64,000 nt of DNA from contig JAUCBJ010007053.1 in the NCBI GenBank assembly GCA_032718475.1, forward strand, positions 90,355 to 154,354. Reading direction: 5' to 3'. The notes under the pieces were generated by a model. The model was not told the DNA's origin, made no database searches, and saw only the letters and a list, made by a program, of their open reading frames with translations. This DNA comes from Nemertoderma westbladi. Taxonomy: Eukaryota > Animalia > Xenacoelomorpha. A program made the position numbers and the translations under genes. Each line of letters begins with the position of its first letter. Positions within the stretch are counted from its first letter, which is position 1. Shown in pieces: positions 59,801-64,000 of this stretch.

Positions 59801-62800
59801 AACGAACATTCAGGTAATAACTGTTCCACCCACAGAAACTCATAAAACTAACGGACATTCAGGTAATAACTGTACCACCCACAGAAACTCATAAAACTAA
59901 CAGACATTCAGGTTATAACTGTTCCACCAACAGAAACTCATAAAACTAACGGACATTCAGGTAATAACTGTTCCACCCACAGAAACTCATAAAACTAACG
60001 GACATTCAGGTAATAACTAACTGTTCCACCCACAGAAACTCATAAAACTAACGGACATTCAGGTAATAACTGTTCCAACCACAGAAACTCATAATACTAA
60101 CGGACATTCAGGTAATAACAACTGTTCCACCCACAGAAACTCATAAAACTAACGAACATTCAGGTAATAACTGTACCAACCACAGAAACTCATAAAACTA
60201 ACGGACATTCAGGTAATAACTATTCCACCCACAGAAAATCATAATACTAACGGACATCCAGGTAATAACAACTGTTCCACCCACAGAAACTCATAAAAAT
60301 AACGGACATTCAGGTAATAACTGTTCCACCCACAGAAACTCATAATACTAACGGACATTCAGGTAATAACAACTGTTCCACCCACAGAAACTCATAAAAA
60401 TAACGGACATTCAGGTAATAACTGTTCCACCCACAGAAACTCATAATACTAACGGACATTCAGGTAATAACAACTGTTCCACCCACAGAAACTCATAAAA
60501 CTAACGAACATTCAGGTAATAACTGTTCCAACCACAGAAACTCATAAAACTAACGAACATTCAGGTAATAACTGTACCAACCACAGAAACTCATAAAACT
60601 AACGGACATTCAGGTAATAACTATTCCACCCACAGAAACTCATAATACTAACGGACATCCAGGTAATAACAACTGTTCCACCCACAGAAACTCATAAAAA
60701 TAACGGACATTCAGGTAATAACTGTTCCACCCACAGAAACTCATAATACTAACGGACATTCAGGTAATAACAACTGTTCCACCCACAGAAACTCATAAAA
60801 CTAACGAACATTCAGGTAATAACTGTTCCACCCACAGAAACTCATAAAACTAACGGACATTCAGGTAATAACTGTACCACCCACAGAAACTCATAAAACT
60901 AACAGACATTCAGGTTATAACTGTTCCACCAACAGAAACTCATAAAACTAACGGACATTCAGGTAATAACTGTTCCACCCACAGAAACTCATAAAACTAA
61001 CGGACATTCAGGTAATAACTGTTCCACCCACAGAAACTCATAAAACTAACGGACATTCAGGTAATAACTGTTCCAACCACAGAAACTCATAATACTAACG
61101 GACATTCAGGTAATAACTGTTCCACCCACAGAAACTCATAATACTAACGGACATCCAGGTAATAACAACTGTTCCACCCACAGAAACTCATAAAAATAAC
61201 GGACATTCAGGTAATAACTGTTCCACCCACAGAAACTCATAATACTAACGGACATTCAGGTAATAACAACTGTTCCACCCACAGAAACTCATAAAAATAA
61301 CGGACATTCAGGTAATAACTGTTCCACCCACAGAAACTCATAATACTAACGGACATTCAGGTAATAACAACTGTTCCACCCACAGAAACTCATAAAACTA
61401 ACGAACATTCAGGTAATAACTGTTCCAACCACAGAAACTCATAAAACTAACGAACATTCAGGTAATAACTGTACCAACCACAGAAACTCATAAAACTAAC
61501 GGACATTCAGGTAATAACTATTCCACCCACAGAAACTCATAATACTAACGGACATCCAGGTAATAACAACTGTTCCACCCACAGAAACTCATAAAAATAA
61601 CGGACATTCAGGTAATAACTGTTCCACCCACAGAAACTCATAATACTAACGGACATTCAGGTAATAACAACTGTTCCACCCACAGAAACTCATAAAACTA
61701 ACGAACATTCAGGTAATAACTGTTCCACCCACAGAAACTCATAAAACTAACGGACATTCAGGTAATAACTGTACCACCCACAGAAACTCATAAAACTAAC
61801 AGACATTCAGGTTATAACTGTTCCACCAACAGAAACTCATAAAACTAACGGACATTCAGGTAATAACTGTTCCACCCACAGAAACTCATAAAACTAACGG
61901 ACATTCAGGTAATAACTGTTCCACCCACAGAAACTCATAAAACTAGCGGACATTCAGGTAATAACTGTTCCAACCACAGAAACTCATAATACTAACGGAC
62001 ATTCAGGTAATAACTGTTCCACCCACAGAAACTCATAATACTAACGGACATCCAGGTAATAACAACTGTTCCACCCACAGAAACTCATAAAAATAACGGA
62101 CATTCAGGTAATAACTGTTCCACCCACAGAAACTCATAATACTAACGGACATTCAGGTAATAACAACTGTTCCACCCACAGAAACTCATAAAAATAACGG
62201 ACATTCAGGTAATAACTGTTCCACCCACAGAAACTCATAATACTAACGGACATTCAGGTAATAACAACTGTTCCACCCACAGAAACTCATAAAACTAACG
62301 GACATTCAGGTAATAACTGTTCCAACCACAGAAACTCATAAAACTAACGGACATTCAGGTAATAACAACTGTTCCACCCACAGAAACTCATAAAAATAAC
62401 GGACATTCAGGTAATAACTGTTCCACCCACAGAAACTCATAAAACTAACGGACATCCAGGTAATAACAACTGTTCCACCCACAGAAACTCATAAAAATAA
62501 CGGACATTCAGGTAATAACTGTTCCACCCACAGAAACTCATAATACTAACGGACATTCAGGTAATAACAACTGTTCCACCCACAGAAACTCATAAAAATA
62601 ACGGACATTCAGGTAATAACTGTTCCACCCACAGAAACTCATAATACTAACGGACATTCAGGTAATAACAACTGTTCCACCCACAGAAACTCATAAAACT
62701 AACGGACATTCAGGTAATAACAACTGTTCCACCCACAGAAACTCATAAAACTAACGGACATTCAGGTAATAACTGTACCAACCACAGAAACTCATAAAAC

Positions 62801-64000
62801 TAACGGACATTCAGGTAATAACTGTTCCACCCACAGAAAGTCATGAAACTAACGAACATTCAGGTAATAACTGTTCCACCCACAGAAACTCATAAAACTA
62901 ACGGACATTCAGGTAATAACTGTTCCACCCACAGAAAGTCATGAAACTAACGAACATTCAGGTAATAACTGTTCCACCCACAGAAACTCATAAAACTAAC
63001 GGACATTCAGGTAATAACTGTTCCAACCACAGAAACTCATAAAACTAACGGACATTCAGGTAATAACTGTTCCACCCACAGAAAGTCATGAAACTAACGA
63101 ACATTCAGGTAATAACTGTTCCACCCACAGAAACTCATAAAACTAACGGACATTCAGGTAATAACTGTTCCACCCACAGAAAGTCATGAAACTAACGAAC
63201 ATTCAGGTAATAACTGTTCCACCCACAGAAAGTCATGAAACTAACGAACATTCAGGTAATAACTGTTCCACCCACAGAAACTCATAAAACTAACGGACAT
63301 TCAGGTAATAACTGTTCCAACCACAGAAACTCATAAAACTAACGGACATTCAGGTAATAACTGTTCCACCCACAGAAACTCATAAAACTAACGGACATTC
63401 AGGTAATAACTGTTCCACCCACAGAAACTCATAAACCTAACGGACATTCAGGTAATAACTGTTCCAACCACAGAAACTCATAAAACTAACGGACATTCAG
63501 GTAATAACTGTTCCAACCACAGAAACTCATAAAACTAACGGACATTCAGGTAATAACTGTTCCACCCACAGAAAGTCATGAAACTAACGAACATTCAGGT
63601 AATAACTGTTCCACCCACAGAAACTCATAAAACTAACGGACATTCAGGTAATAACTGTTCCACCCACAGAAACTCATAAAAATAACGGACATTCAGGTAA
63701 TAACTGTTCCAACCACAGAAACTCATAAAACTAACGGACATTCAGGTAATAACTGTTCCACCCACAGAAAGTCATAAAACTAACGGACATTCAAGTAATA
63801 ACTGTTCCACCCACAGAAACTCATAAAACTAACGGACATTCAGGTAATAATAACTGTTCCACCCACAGAAACTCATAAAAATAACGGACATTCAGGTAAT
63901 AACTGTTCCACCCACAGAAACTCATAATACTAACGGACATTCAGGTAATAACTATTCCACCCACAGAAACTCATAATACTAACGGACATCCAGGTAATAA
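41794..64000 (+). repeat. 49-bp satellite derived from the 3' end and donor of exon F (ACCCACAGAAACTCATAAAACTAACGGACATTCAG|GTAATAACTGTTCC), about 450 copies, continuing past the window
   Basis: Period 49 (52 with a 3-nt insertion); the first monomer comprises the last 35 nt of exon F plus its donor. Confidence 0.96.

Noticed and set aside
15015-64000. CRISPR-like arrays
   Set aside because: The units are head-to-tail with no unique spacers, there are no cas genes, and the context is eukaryotic.

Overview
Repeat-rich animal (probably invertebrate) genomic DNA. It contains an intronless IMPAD1/BPNT2 gene (minus strand, 3600-4598) and six phase-compatible plus-strand exons of a multi-pass membrane protein gene with THH1/TOM1/GPR137-like motifs (8147-8262, 8399-8519, 8658-8868, 10802-10926, 11052-11203, 41672-41828); the ORF track shows only the first. 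The main observation concerns the last exon (157 bp), which sits between two large satellites built from its own splice junctions. Upstream, about 280 x 33-bp units (about 9.2 kb) copy its branch point/polypyrimidine/AG acceptor plus the first 6 exonic bases. Downstream, about 450 x 49-bp units (over 22 kb, running off the window) copy its last 35 coding bases plus the CAG|GTAATA donor. The preceding 30.5-kb intron is nested: a hAT-like element (8-bp TSD) holds a MITE, a 5'-truncated LINE (14-bp TSD; ORF1 and ORF2 in frame, separated by one TGA), a 31-bp satellite grown from the MITE end, and a near full-length LINE whose 5' region encodes SAP-like, 10-aa-repeat and cryptic Ulp1/SENP-like segments. 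A 58-bp E-box-rich satellite, several MITEs and retroelement fragments are also present. All calls come from manual reading; no searches were run, and copy numbers are length/period estimates.
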